The notes: generated by a model from the letters alone, not told the origin. A stretch of 28,165 nt of DNA from Myxococcales bacterium (GCA_007120915.1 SKMT01000149.1:1-28165), one strand, 5' to 3'. Counted from the stretch's first letter, positions 1-12,789 are shown. Numbers and translations are program-made.

Positions 1-1
1 A

Positions 2-181
2 TTTATCGAACGGCTGGCGACCAAAACGGAAGTCGAGCAGGCCGCCCGCGACATCGCTTGCAGCAGCGAGTCGATCACCGACATTGTAGAGATGGCTGAA
101 GGTTACGTCGGCTGGAGCCGGGGGCGCATCAAGCTGATGGCTTCTCAGCTCGAAAAGCTCATCGAAAAGAAGCAGGCGTAA
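2..181 (+). CDS. 3' end of an unidentified protein, truncated by the window start
   Basis: Open frame from base 2 (FIERLATKTEVEQAARD...LEKLIEKKQA) to TAA at 179-181, with GC-rich-type codon usage; no recognisable motif. Confidence 0.6.
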   Translation, partial: FIERLATKTEVEQAARDIACSSESITDIVEMAEGYVGWSRGRIKLMASQLEKLIEKKQA

Positions 182-190
182 GGTTTCGCG

Positions 191-286
191 CGCCCAGCGC
201 CCAGCACCCAGCCCCCAGCGCCCAGAGCCCAGCGCCCAGCGCCCAGCACCCAGAGCCCAGCACCCAGCGCCCAGCACCCAGCGCCC
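191..286. repeat. Heptamer tandem array (CRCCCAG / AGCCCAG), 13 full units plus a partial
   Basis: Units read directly: cgcccag cgcccag cacccag cccccag cgcccag agcccag ... cacccag cgccc; begins 10 nt after the upstream stop. Confidence 0.95.
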
Positions 287-398
287 TTGTTTTCACAACG
301 GATGTGCTCACTTTCCGGGTCGACGTACCGGCACCGCTCGGTGTTGGAGACGATGACGTATCTTCGTTGGCCCGTGGTGTTTTCCAGGGAGGTCGAAC

Positions 399-1574
399 AT
401 GTTCAAAAACGCGTTGCGCCTGCCCTTTCGGCTTCTCGGGATACCGGTGTATCTGGATGTCACCTTCCTGATCATTTTGCCGATCCTCGCCTGGCTGATC
501 GGAGCCCAGCTCGAGGAGTTCTTGTTGCTGACCGGGCTCGACGAGGTCATCGCCATCGAGCCGCTGGTCACCGGGGCGACGCCATACTGGCTGGGGCTTG
601 CGGCTGCGATTGCTCTCTTCGTCAGCGTCGTGATCCACGAGTTGGGTCATGCCGTCACCGGACGGCTCTACGACGTCGAAACGGAACGCATCACCCTCTG
701 GCTGCTCGGCGGGATGGCGCATTTTAAGGAGATGCCCAAACAGAAGGGCGCGGAGGCGGTGGTCGCCATCGCCGGTCCCATCGTCAGCGGAGCGCTGGGC
801 GGGCTGGCCTTTCTGATACTGGCGTTCGTACCCACCGAGATGGGTGGGCTGTACTTCGTGGTCATCTACACCGCCTACATGAACATCCTGCTGGCGGTAT
901 TCAACATGATTCCAGCGCTGCCACTTGACGGGGGTCGAGTGCTTCGATCGTTGTTGCACCTGAAGATGAGCCGGCTTCGGGCCACACAGATCTCGGCGAG
1001 CATCTCCAAGGGGCTGGCGATTGCGCTGGGGCTGTTCGGACTGCTGGCGTTCAACCTGTTCATGATCCTGATCGCCTTCTTCATCTACATCGCCGTGAAC
1101 GCAGAGGCGCAGTACGCCATCTTCACCGACGCGCTGTCGAAGTTCAGAGTCGATCAACTGATGTCGAGCCCCGTCGACACCGTGCCTCCCTCCATGCCGG
1201 TCGATGAGGTGCTGAGCAAAATGCTCGCTCAAGCCCGGGTGGCCTATCCCGTCAAAAACGACGCCGGCGAGTTCATCGGCGAGATCACCATCGACGAGGT
1301 CCAGCAGGCTCCTGCGACGGTGGCCGTCGAAGACGCCATGGGCCGGGATCTGCCCGAAGCGATCACCTTCGACAAGAGCGCCTCCGATCTGTTCGAGAAG
1401 ATGATCCGCGACGACAACCACCGGCTTCTGGTCGTCGACGACCAGGGTTTTGTGGTGGGCATCGTCACCAAGACCGACCTGATGCGGGCGCTGCAGATTG
1501 TGTCCGGGTCTGGGTCAATCCCGCGGCGCGATGACAATTCGCGGCCACGGCCCACGGGCGTGGCACGGCGGTGA
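399..1574 (+). CDS. Site-2 protease family (peptidase M50) zinc metalloprotease with C-terminal CBS pair
   Basis: HELGH zinc motif, FNMIPALPLDGGRVL (NxxPxxxLDG) motif, several TM segments, CBS-like C-terminus (LLVVDDQGFVVGIVTKTDL); GGAGG 6 nt before the ATG. Confidence 0.95.
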   Translation: MFKNALRLPFRLLGIPVYLDVTFLIILPILAWLIGAQLEEFLLLTGLDEVIAIEPLVTGATPYWLGLAAAIALFVSVVIHELGHAVTGRLYDVETERITLWLLGGMAHFKEMPKQKGAEAVVAIAGPIVSGALGGLAFLILAFVPTEMGGLYFVVIYTAYMNILLAVFNMIPALPLDGGRVLRSLLHLKMSRLRATQISASISKGLAIALGLFGLLAFNLFMILIAFFIYIAVNAEAQYAIFTDALSKFRVDQLMSSPVDTVPPSMPVDEVLSKMLAQARVAYPVKNDAGEFIGEITIDEVQQAPATVAVEDAMGRDLPEAITFDKSASDLFEKMIRDDNHRLLVVDDQGFVVGIVTKTDLMRALQIVSGSGSIPRRDDNSRPRPTGVARR

Positions 1575-1585
1575 TGGTCATCTCG

Positions 1586-1624
1586 CCTCCAGCACCCAGC
1601 ACCCAGCGCCCAGCGCCCAGCACC
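1586..1624. repeat. Heptamer array (CRCCCAG), about 5 units, between convergent genes
   Basis: cctccag cacccag cacccag cgcccag cgcccag cacc; ends 2 nt from the stop of the minus-strand gene. Confidence 0.9.
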
Positions 1625-1626
1625 TG

Positions 1627-2574
1627 TCATTTGATGATAATCTCCAACCGCGGCCCCGTCTCAAGCGTGACCACCCCACCTTCGGCGGTGTGCATGTCGC
1701 CGTCGATGGTATAGCTGATGGGGACGTCGGAGCGGAATACCGCCCGAGAGCTGACAGCGTCCGGGAAGTCCTCTTTGTCGACGGGCAGCCCCATTCGAAG
1801 GCGAGGAAACGCCTGGGCAACCCCCATAGGGTCAGCGGTCACCCCCAGCAGATGAAAGGCATTTTTTCGTTCCTGGCAACGGATGAAAGGCCGGAAGCCG
1901 AGCCCGATCTGGTCTTGCGTCGACGCGATAACCGCCGAGTAGTCGCGCACCGGCCACACGGTGTTGTCCATCTCGATACGAGCCCGGAAGGGCCGGAACA
2001 GCTTGTCGGTCAGTTCTCCGCCTCCGGTGGGGATCGACGCCAGCCCCTTCGCCAGCAACACCGCCGCCGTGGTGGGGCTGGGGTTTCCGGTGCCGTAGTA
2101 CAGCTCCAGGAAGTTGGAGACGATGCCGTTGCCGAAGATAAATCCGTAGCGGGTGCCCGTGTCATCGGTCACCTTCAGGATGTCGCGCTCTGTGGTCTCG
2201 AAGGGCTGGCCGGTGTAATACTTTTCGACCAGATTCGCCAGCAGACGCGGGGGGTTGCCCTTGATTCCGATGCCATCGGACACGGTGTTCATCGTGCCCC
2301 CGCGAAGCAGCGCGATTTTCGGAAGCGGGTCGTCGCCGTAGACCTCGATGAAGGTACTCAGCGTGACGTGGTTGGTCCCGTCGCCGCCGTTGAGCCCCAG
2401 AATGTCGATGCCGTTTTGCTTAAACTCGCGGGCGACGTCGGTGACATCCTCGATGCGATTGGTCAACTCGTAGGTGTCGTGTTGACCGAGCATATAGCCG
2501 AGCCGGCGCATCCGTTCTGGATAGCGCCGGTTGCGACGGCTGTGGGGGTTGGTGACGATTCCGATACCGGGCAT
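1627..2574 (-). CDS. Diacylglycerol/lipid kinase family protein (DAGK catalytic domain)
   Basis: IVTNPHS, GGDGT and RGGTMN motifs, C-terminal TIDGD. Start moved to MPGIGIV at 2574 because AGGAG lies just upstream. Confidence 0.88.
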   Translation of the reverse strand: MPGIGIVTNPHSRRNRRYPERMRRLGYMLGQHDTYELTNRIEDVTDVAREFKQNGIDILGLNGGDGTNHVTLSTFIEVYGDDPLPKIALLRGGTMNTVSDGIGIKGNPPRLLANLVEKYYTGQPFETTERDILKVTDDTGTRYGFIFGNGIVSNFLELYYGTGNPSPTTAAVLLAKGLASIPTGGGELTDKLFRPFRARIEMDNTVWPVRDYSAVIASTQDQIGLGFRPFIRCQERKNAFHLLGVTADPMGVAQAFPRLRMGLPVDKEDFPDAVSSRAVFRSDVPISYTIDGDMHTAEGGVVTLETGPRLEIIIK

Positions 2575-2619
2575 GACACTCCTGAAACTTCGGTTGCCAA
2601 ACGCCGCAAGCATAAGCGC

Positions 2620-2692
2620 GCAACCGGCCACCGGCAACCTTCAGAGCCCCAGTGAACCACCAACCGATAACCAACAACCAATAACCAATAAC
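2620..2692. repeat. Two short heptamer arrays: GCAACCG-type (2620-2640) and YAACCAA-type (2654-2692)
   Basis: gcaaccg gccaccg gcaacct, then gaaccac caaccga taaccaa caaccaa taaccaa taac, ending 4 nt from the next stop codon. Confidence 0.8.
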
Positions 2693-2696
2693 TGCC

Positions 2697-4817
2697 TTAC
2701 TCGTCGTCCGCCTCGGTGGAGCAGGCATCGAGAGTGTCGGACTGGAATCCGTCATCCCAGGTGACCGTCGCCTCGGTGCATCGGGTCATGCCACCCTCGT
2801 CGCAGTCGGCGTCGCCGTTGGCCGGGTCGCACAACTTGGTGCACAGCGACTCTTCCTCGGTCGGCTCTTCGGAGATACAGATCGTGTCCCAACTGCTGCA
2901 GTTCGGATCGTCCATGGGACAGTCACAGACGTATTCAGACGGACAATCCAAGTCATCAAAACAGCTCAGGTCGGTCTCCGAGTAGATCGACACCTCCAGG
3001 CAGGCGCCGGTTTCGCAGTCGAGGTTGCTGGAGCATTCCTCGCCCACTTCCCCGTCTCCGACGGTGTGATCGCAGTAGGTGTACAGCACGTTGTCGTCTT
3101 CATCGACCTGGTACTGACAGACGTTGCCGCCGTCGCAGTCATCATTGGTGGTGCAACTGGCCAGGCAGGCGCCCAGATCGCTGCCCATCGCCGCGCAGAC
3201 CTGGTCATCGGCGCAGTCCCGATCGGTCTCCTCGCAGAACTCGGTGCACTCACCGGTGGTGTCATCCTCGCTGGGCCAGCAGAAGTCACTCTCACAGTTG
3301 GCCGACTCGGTACAGCTTGCGCCAAGCGAGCTTTCACCGGGGTTGGTGAATCCGCAGAATGCGCCGTCGACCTCATCGTTCTCGTCGAGCAGGATGCTGT
3401 TGCAGGCAGTGTCGTCGAGGTCGCAGTCGTAGGTGGCGCTGCATTCGGTGATCGGGATTTCGCCGCAGATATCGAGTTCGCCGTCCACTCCGTCTTTGGT
3501 GACCGTCTCGTCCTCGTCGCACTGCTGGTAGTCTCCGCAGTGGTCGCCGTCTTCACAGGGCGATGAGCAAAACCCGGCGTCGTTGCAGAACCGCGACAGG
3601 CAGTCGTCATCGTCGTCACAGCCTGTTCCGCTTTCTGCTCCGTCGTTGTCGTCCAGACAGACCGTGTCCAGATCATCATCAGCGGTAGTGACCACGGCGC
3701 AGACATCGTCATCGGTGCAGTCGTCGTCGGAGAGGCAGAACTCGGGGACCGTGCAGGTGCTGGCGGAGCCGTCGGCGCCGTTGCGTTCGTAGGTTGAGGT
3801 GGTGCATTCGGAGCCGGGGATGTCTTCGCACAGCTCATCGCTATCACAGGGGGCTTTGCACACGCCGTCTTCGCAGAGGTTCTGGGCGCAGTCGCTGTCG
3901 TCGCTGCAGGTGTCGCCGCCTTCGCCGCCGTCGGCGTTAGGTTCGTCGCAGACAAACCCGAACTGGTCGTCCGTCACCGATGCGACACAGCGATCGCTTC
4001 CGTCGCAATCCTCGTCGCTCACACAGCTTTCCGGGGGTTGTTCGGTGCACACGTAGGTGTCTTCGCCGTCGCCCAGATCTTCGCCGGTGCACACGTAGTC
4101 GCCGTCCGCCTCGCAGTCCGAGGGGTTGTCACAGGGCTGGGAGCACTCTCCGTCGAGGCACAACCCGGAGGCGCAGTCGTCATCGTCGCTGCATTCGTCG
4201 CCGGGCTCACCGGGGCCGACGGGATCGTCGCAGGTCAGCGAAACGTCGCCGTTGCGATCGACCACACAGCGGTCGTCCGGATCACAGTCTCCGTCGGCGG
4301 TGCACAGCGTCGGCGGCACACAGACATCGACGTCCGCATCACCACCGCAGACCAGATCATCGGCACACTCGTCATCATCGGTGCATTCACTGGTGCAGAT
4401 CCCGTCGTAGCAAAGCCCGCTTTCACATTGAGCGGAGTCGGTACACGCTTCACCATCTTCCAGATCGTCGGTGGGCGTGACGCACTCACCCTCGCCGCCG
4501 GGCTCATCCAACGCGCAGACTTCGTCAGGGTCGCAGTCGTCGTCGTCCTGACAACTCTGCGGATCTTCGCCCTGGTTGTCGTTGTTCTGATTATTCTGGT
4601 TGGTCTGGTTGTCCTGATTGGCGTTGGACTGATTGGTGTTCGTCTGGTTCTGGCTCTGGTTGGGCTCTTCTTCGTTGGCGTTGACCACCCGGTTGTCTTC
4701 TTCACCGTCGTTGTCAACCTGACCGCCCGTGACTTCATCCTCGCCACAGCCGATCGCCGCAACCAAAAGAACCGTAACCACTGTCACCAAAATCGATTGC
4801 ATCCATGAACGCGCCAT
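2697..4817 (-). CDS. Acidic cysteine-rich repeat lipoprotein (six roughly 90-100 aa, 12-Cys repeats)
   Basis: Lipobox LLVAAIG|C, Q/N-rich linker, then a repeated CxxDxDC...C + GExCxxxxxCxSxxC...C module; GGGAG RBS. Confidence 0.88.
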   Translation of the reverse strand: MARSWMQSILVTVVTVLLVAAIGCGEDEVTGGQVDNDGEEDNRVVNANEEEPNQSQNQTNTNQSNANQDNQTNQNNQNNDNQGEDPQSCQDDDDCDPDEVCALDEPGGEGECVTPTDDLEDGEACTDSAQCESGLCYDGICTSECTDDDECADDLVCGGDADVDVCVPPTLCTADGDCDPDDRCVVDRNGDVSLTCDDPVGPGEPGDECSDDDDCASGLCLDGECSQPCDNPSDCEADGDYVCTGEDLGDGEDTYVCTEQPPESCVSDEDCDGSDRCVASVTDDQFGFVCDEPNADGGEGGDTCSDDSDCAQNLCEDGVCKAPCDSDELCEDIPGSECTTSTYERNGADGSASTCTVPEFCLSDDDCTDDDVCAVVTTADDDLDTVCLDDNDGAESGTGCDDDDDCLSRFCNDAGFCSSPCEDGDHCGDYQQCDEDETVTKDGVDGELDICGEIPITECSATYDCDLDDTACNSILLDENDEVDGAFCGFTNPGESSLGASCTESANCESDFCWPSEDDTTGECTEFCEETDRDCADDQVCAAMGSDLGACLASCTTNDDCDGGNVCQYQVDEDDNVLYTYCDHTVGDGEVGEECSSNLDCETGACLEVSIYSETDLSCFDDLDCPSEYVCDCPMDDPNCSSWDTICISEEPTEEESLCTKLCDPANGDADCDEGGMTRCTEATVTWDDGFQSDTLDACSTEADDE

Positions 4818-4997
4818 CTTGCTTCTCCCGGAGGTCTAAAGCAGTAAAATCGTACAAATTTTCCTCTATCGGTGGCGCACCATACAGAAACCCCGCCATC
4901 GATTCCAGTGCGTTGGTGAGCGTCCCCGGACCGACTTGAGTTTCGGTGTAATGAGGAGTCTTCAGCATCTCTGAGTCGCCGTGGTGACACCACCGCC

Positions 4998-5028
4998 GTC
5001 CCAGCACCCAGAGCCCAGAGCCCAGCAC

Positions 5029-5029
<1 letters not shown>
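4998..5029. repeat. Heptamer array (NNCCCAG), 4 units plus a partial
   Basis: gtcccag cacccag agcccag agcccag cacc, abutting the RND stop codon. Confidence 0.88.
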
Positions 5030-8135
<3,106 letters not shown>

Positions 8136-8139
<4 letters not shown>

Positions 8140-9362
8140 TGTCCACCCTCCACCGGCGGTTGGGCGGGCCCCTCATCGGCGTCCGAGGCGTCGATATCCC
8201 GGATCTTGAAGCCTTCTTCGAGCCGCTCATGGCCTCGAAGCACGATGCGATCGCCCTCTTCGAGCTTTTCGGTGATCTCTGTGCGATCTCGGCTCTGCAG
8301 CCCGACCGACGAAAACTCCACGCGCTTCGCTTCGTCGTCCTCGACCACCCACACATAAGGGGTGCCGTCGGCGTCGTGGACCAGCGCCTGATTGTCGATG
8401 GTCAGCGCATCCTCGCTTTTGCCCAACAGCAGGCTGACCCGGGCGAACATCCCGGGCAGAAGCAGAATCTCCTCCATCTCTTCGATCTCTACGTCCACCC
8501 TCAGGCTACGCGTGGTCGCGTCCAGCGCCGGTGAGACCCGGCGCACCTGCCCCGGCACTTCGATGCTGCCCAGCGCCCCCACCCGCACCGTCGCCTCGGT
8601 GTCGTGGTGGATGTTGCCCGCTTCGCGCTCCGGGATCTGAACCCGCAGATACAACTGCTCGCCGTCGACGATGCTGTAGAGCGGCTGCTCCGGGCCCACA
8701 TAGGTGCCGCGGTCGACGTAACGCATCGCCACCTGCCCGTCGAAGGGGGCGCGAAGCTCGGTGTTGCGCAAATCCTCGCGCGCCGACTCCAGCCGGGCTT
8801 GTGTCTCCTCGATCTGGGCGTCGGCGACGGCGACCTGCTGTTCGGCCGAGCGGATCGACGCTTCCAACTCTTCCATCTCTCGCTCGGTGACCATATCCCG
8901 GTCTACCAGCGGTCTTTTGCGTTCCCGGTCCGATTCCAGGTTCTCCAGGTTGACCTTCGCCTCCTCCAGATTGGCCTCGGCAACTCTGGCGTTGGCCTCC
9001 AGCTCCCGGACGGTCTGGCGGATGGAGGTGTCGTCCACTTCGGCCAGAAGCTGACCAGCTTCGACGGGATCGCCGATGTCGACGGCCAATTCGGTGAGCC
9101 GCCCCGGCACCTCCGGGGACATCTCGGTCATCTGCTCCGAGCGGATCTCTCCGGCGTAGTCGCCGGTGACCTCGAAGGCGCCGCGTTCGACCTCAACGGT
9201 CTCCACGGTGACCACCACCTCGTCGTCGTCTCCCATCATTCCCGGGGGGCCACCTTCGGGGGGCCCGTCGTCGTCATCGCCGCTGCATCCGATCAGCAGC
9301 GCCGCCGCTGCCACCAGAAGCACCCACCGCCAGGTTGTGCACCATTTGTTGATCTTCATCAT
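8136..9362 (-). CDS. RND efflux periplasmic adaptor (membrane fusion protein), lipoprotein
   Basis: Lipobox LLIG|C, lipoyl-half motifs (GDPVEAGQLLAEVD; ELRAPFDGQV), coiled-coil hairpin, LLPGMFARV. Confidence 0.96.
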
Positions 9363-9446
9363 CGTTTTCCTTCCCGGGCCCGGGCCCCGACACGCTCCGA
9401 GCCCCTGCGCATTACACGTGCGTTACAAGAGGTGTCGCGGCTCGAA

Positions 9447-10733
9447 TCATTCCTGTTGCTCCAGATACCGGTACTGTACTTCGGCGACACGTGCCTGAAA
9501 TCGAACCTGATTGAGCGTCATCTCAGCGTCGAGCAACTCCTGGGAGGCATCCGATACTTCCAGCCCGGTCACAAGCCCCTGCTCGTACTGCGCCAGGACC
9601 TGATCATAGGTCTGTTCGACCGCCTCCAGACGCTGCCGGGCCACCTCAATACGGGCCGCGGCGCTTTCCCAGTCGCGATACGCCTGTGCCATCTCGACGT
9701 TGGCGTCGCGCAGATCGCGCTCCAGCTCCAGTTCGGCCTGTCGAACCTCGGCTTGCGCCTCGTCGGCGCGGGCAAATCGCGCGCCGCCCTGGTACAGATC
9801 CCAGGTCGCCGACAGGGTTAACGACCAGTTAAAATAGTCCGGGTCGAACGCCGTGGGTTCGCCCCATCGGGTGTTCAAACTCAGCCCCACCCGGGGGGCG
9901 AAGCCCCACCAGACGCCGCGGCGGCCAAGCTCGGCAGCTTCGACGCCGGCGCGCCGACCTGTAAAGTCGGTGCGCTCCTCCGTAACAGACGCCCGCTGGG
10001 GCGGCGGATCGGTTTCGATATCCTCCGGATCGAACTCGGCGCGAAGCTGCCCGTCCGGGTCGCGACCCAGCAGTGTGGCCAGACCGTCGGCGGCGTTGCC
10101 GCGCGCTGCGTCAGCTTCCAGAAGCGCCTGCTCTGCTTCCAGCACTTCGGCGCGCGCCCGGCTCACATCGACCTCCACGGCAAAACCGGCGTCGCGCAAC
10201 TCTTCGGCTTCCTCCAGGTACTCGCGCCGCCACTCGATGGCCGCTTCTGCGATTTCGACCTCCCGCTGGGCCGACGCCAGGGTGAAGAACGCCACTTCCG
10301 CATCCAATTCCAGAAAATGGCGCTCCCATTCGGCGCTGGCCTCCGCCACATCTACCATTGCATCGGACTGCCAGTAGTCGTAGTACGCCGGACCATCAAA
10401 GATCGTCAGCGATGCAATCCCCGTGATGCCCCAGTCATAACGGCGTCGGATCGCCTGATCGCCGATCTCGACTTCCTCACCGCCCTGGCGGGTGAGCTCA
10501 CCGGTGGCGCTCAACTGGGGAAACAACGCCCCCAGCGCCTGTCGACGCAACGCCCGGCTCTGGCGTACCTCCATCTGTGTGATCTGATGGGTTTCGTGCT
10601 GCTGGGGCACCTCTTCGAGCACCTGCTCAAGCGTTACTTCCTCAGCACCGGAGTGCACCGGCAGAAGACAGGCCATCAGCCCGGCGGCCACAAATGTGAC
10701 GGTAGAAGCAATGTTGGTACGACAGTACGACAT
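9447..10733 (-). CDS. TolC-family outer-membrane efflux protein
   Basis: Signal peptide, ALFPQLSATG, two helical OEP repeats, YEQGLVTGLEVSDA; first gene of the TolC-MFP-RND run. Confidence 0.93.
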   Translation of the reverse strand: MSYCRTNIASTVTFVAAGLMACLLPVHSGAEEVTLEQVLEEVPQQHETHQITQMEVRQSRALRRQALGALFPQLSATGELTRQGGEEVEIGDQAIRRRYDWGITGIASLTIFDGPAYYDYWQSDAMVDVAEASAEWERHFLELDAEVAFFTLASAQREVEIAEAAIEWRREYLEEAEELRDAGFAVEVDVSRARAEVLEAEQALLEADAARGNAADGLATLLGRDPDGQLRAEFDPEDIETDPPPQRASVTEERTDFTGRRAGVEAAELGRRGVWWGFAPRVGLSLNTRWGEPTAFDPDYFNWSLTLSATWDLYQGGARFARADEAQAEVRQAELELERDLRDANVEMAQAYRDWESAAARIEVARQRLEAVEQTYDQVLAQYEQGLVTGLEVSDASQELLDAEMTLNQVRFQARVAEVQYRYLEQQE

Positions 10734-10747
10734 CGATGTTTCGGGGC

Positions 10748-10780
10748 TTAACGAGCGTTAAACTGCCGGAGTGGCACTCC
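10748..10780. promoter_or_regulatory. Two adjacent dyads, candidate operators in the divergent tolC/fadL-family region
   Basis: TTAACG-AG-CGTTAA (10748-10761) and GGAGTG-G-CACTCC (10768-10780), starting 14 nt upstream of the TolC start. Confidence 0.4.
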
Positions 10781-10917
10781 AAAGTCGGCCGGGCCCGCCC
10801 GGTGCGGAGCTGAAATCCTGCCATCGATTGGGAGGGTAACTGTTCCGGCAATACCTTGTCGCCGACGGGAGGAGACGATACCGTACGGCAAGCGCACTCC
10901 CGTCAGGTTCGGACACG

Positions 10918-12312
10918 ATGAATTTCTTTGGCTCATTGTTCAAGTCCCTTTCGGCTCCGACGGCCATAATCCTGGCCGCGGCAATCCTGTTGTGGTCGGT
11001 TCCGGCCGCTGCGGCGGGGTTCTTTTTGCCTACCCGCGGTGTCGAATCGACCGCCCGCGGCGGCGCCAGTATCGCCCCCGGCGACGCCACCCCCGATACC
11101 ATCTGGCACAACCCGGCGGGGCTGACCGTTCTCGACGATCACGAACTGTCGGTGGACCTGGCGATGGTGCACGCCTCCGTTGAACATCAGCGCGCTCCCC
11201 GTCAGATGGATGACGGTTCCACCCGCAGCTACGACCCGGTCCAAAATCAGGCTCTGCCAAATTTTATCCCCTCTATCACCGCCGGAGGCCCCACCCACAT
11301 CGACGATGTGCACTGGGGCGCCGGGCTGTACACCCATTACGCCTTCGGGTCACGCTACCCCGAAGACGGCCCTCAACGCTACGTGTTGATCGACAACGTC
11401 GGCTCTTCGCTGGCATATCTGCACGCGGCGGTGGGCATCGAGTTGAGCGACGATGTGTCGGTGGGCGTAGGAATCCAGAATTTTGTGGGCAATTTCCGAC
11501 TGGTGTCTGCCGGTTCCGGGTACACCGGAATGTTTGGTGATCCCGAGGACGAAGACCTCGACATTCTGGCCGAAGCCAACGTCACCAGCTTCTTTAGCCC
11601 CTCCGCAAACTTCGGGCTGAGCTATCAACTCAGCGAGCGGGTCCACACCGGGGTGTCCGTACAACTTCCCCATATTTTCAGCGACAACGAAGCGACCATC
11701 GACACCCGCGAGCCATCCCACCCCAGCTACGACGGCGCCGAAATCACAGACAACCGCGTCGAAGTCTCCGTTCCGTTCCCCTTCTATGTGCGCGCCGGCG
11801 CCCGCTACGCCGGTGACAGCTTCGACATCGAAGCCGCTGTCATCTACCAGCACTGGTCACTGTTAGACGAGGTCGTCATCAACCCCCGGGACGCCCAGGT
11901 CAGCGGGGCGGCGACCATCGACGACGCTTACGTCCAGCCGCTGACCATCCCCCAGGAGTTCCAGAACACCTTCTCCGCGCATCTGGGCGGGCAATACAAC
12001 CTGACCGAAAGCATCGATCTGCGCGGCGGTTACACCTACGAGCGCGGCGCCGTACCGGATCATCGCTACAGCCTGTTTGCGCTCGACCCCGACAAACACC
12101 AGATCTCAGGGGGGCTGGGCTACTCCTACGACGACTGGGTCATCGACGCGACCGGCGCCGCTATCATCATGCCGTCGAAAACGATCACCGACTCCGAAGT
12201 GCGTCAGAACAACGCCTCCGACCCCGACCGCGACCACTCCATCGTCGTGGCCAACGGCAGCTATGAGCACTTCGGATTTATCGTCGGGCTGTCAACGCGG
12301 TATCGGTTTTGA
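10918..12312 (+). CDS. OmpP1/FadL family outer-membrane transporter for hydrophobic compounds
   Basis: Signal peptide, then GFFLPTRGVESTARGGA...IWHNPAGL (FadL plug signature); aromatic beta-strand pattern; ends in YRF. Confidence 0.9.
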   Translation: MNFFGSLFKSLSAPTAIILAAAILLWSVPAAAAGFFLPTRGVESTARGGASIAPGDATPDTIWHNPAGLTVLDDHELSVDLAMVHASVEHQRAPRQMDDGSTRSYDPVQNQALPNFIPSITAGGPTHIDDVHWGAGLYTHYAFGSRYPEDGPQRYVLIDNVGSSLAYLHAAVGIELSDDVSVGVGIQNFVGNFRLVSAGSGYTGMFGDPEDEDLDILAEANVTSFFSPSANFGLSYQLSERVHTGVSVQLPHIFSDNEATIDTREPSHPSYDGAEITDNRVEVSVPFPFYVRAGARYAGDSFDIEAAVIYQHWSLLDEVVINPRDAQVSGAATIDDAYVQPLTIPQEFQNTFSAHLGGQYNLTESIDLRGGYTYERGAVPDHRYSLFALDPDKHQISGGLGYSYDDWVIDATGAAIIMPSKTITDSEVRQNNASDPDRDHSIVVANGSYEHFGFIVGLSTRYRF

Positions 12313-12340
12313 TGCGCGCAACCCGGGATGGTTTCATCAA

Positions 12341-12443
12341 CGCCGTCTATCGACCATCCGTGGTTCCACCACCGCCGTCTATCGACCATCCGTGGTTCCA
12401 CCACCGCCGTCTATCGACCATCCGTGGTTCCACCACCGCCGTC
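12341..12443. repeat. Perfect 32-bp direct tandem repeat, 3 copies plus 7 nt
   Basis: CGCCGTCTATCGACCATCCGTGGTTCCACCAC at 12341, 12373 and 12405; partial at 12437; no spacers. Confidence 0.95.
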
Positions 12444-12624
12444 CGATGGGCCAAGGCGCCATCGCTGTTCATGTCGGGCGCTGAACTGCGCGCCCGAGAA
12501 TGCTCAGGAGCCACGGTCGCGTCGTTCGGTAGTATTCGACTGCAGGCGTTGATAGCGACATCACAGCCCACCGTACCCGGTAAAGGCACCCTGCGCGGAG
12601 GCGTTATGACCTCCGGAGGTCGCC

Positions 12625-12694
12625 CCAACTCTCCAACTCTCCAACTCTCCAACTCTCCAACTCTCCAACTCTCCAACTCTCCAACCCTCCAACT
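12625..12694. repeat. Octamer tandem array (CCAACTCT), 8 units plus a partial
   Basis: Seven perfect CCAACTCT, one CCAACCCT, then CCAACT. Confidence 0.95.
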
Positions 12695-12789
12695 GTCGTT
12701 CGCGCCCCTTGCCTTTGTTTCCAATCGCAGTAAAGTAGCCGAAGGCTTTGGTGCAACAGAGATTAACAGACGTTCGAAAGGGAGTCGTT

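Noticed and set aside
159-1421. Long minus-strand ORF ending in WALGAG repeats
   Set aside because: Antisense shadow of the M50 gene plus translation of the heptamer array.
4828-4836. CCGGAGGTC shared with the 12608-12621 palindrome, upstream of both Cys-rich lipoproteins
   Set aside because: A 9-bp GC-rich match at very different distances from the start codons is compatible with chance.
12341-12443. CRISPR array suggested by the 32-bp repeat length
   Set aside because: Copies are directly adjacent with no spacers, and no cas genes are in the window.
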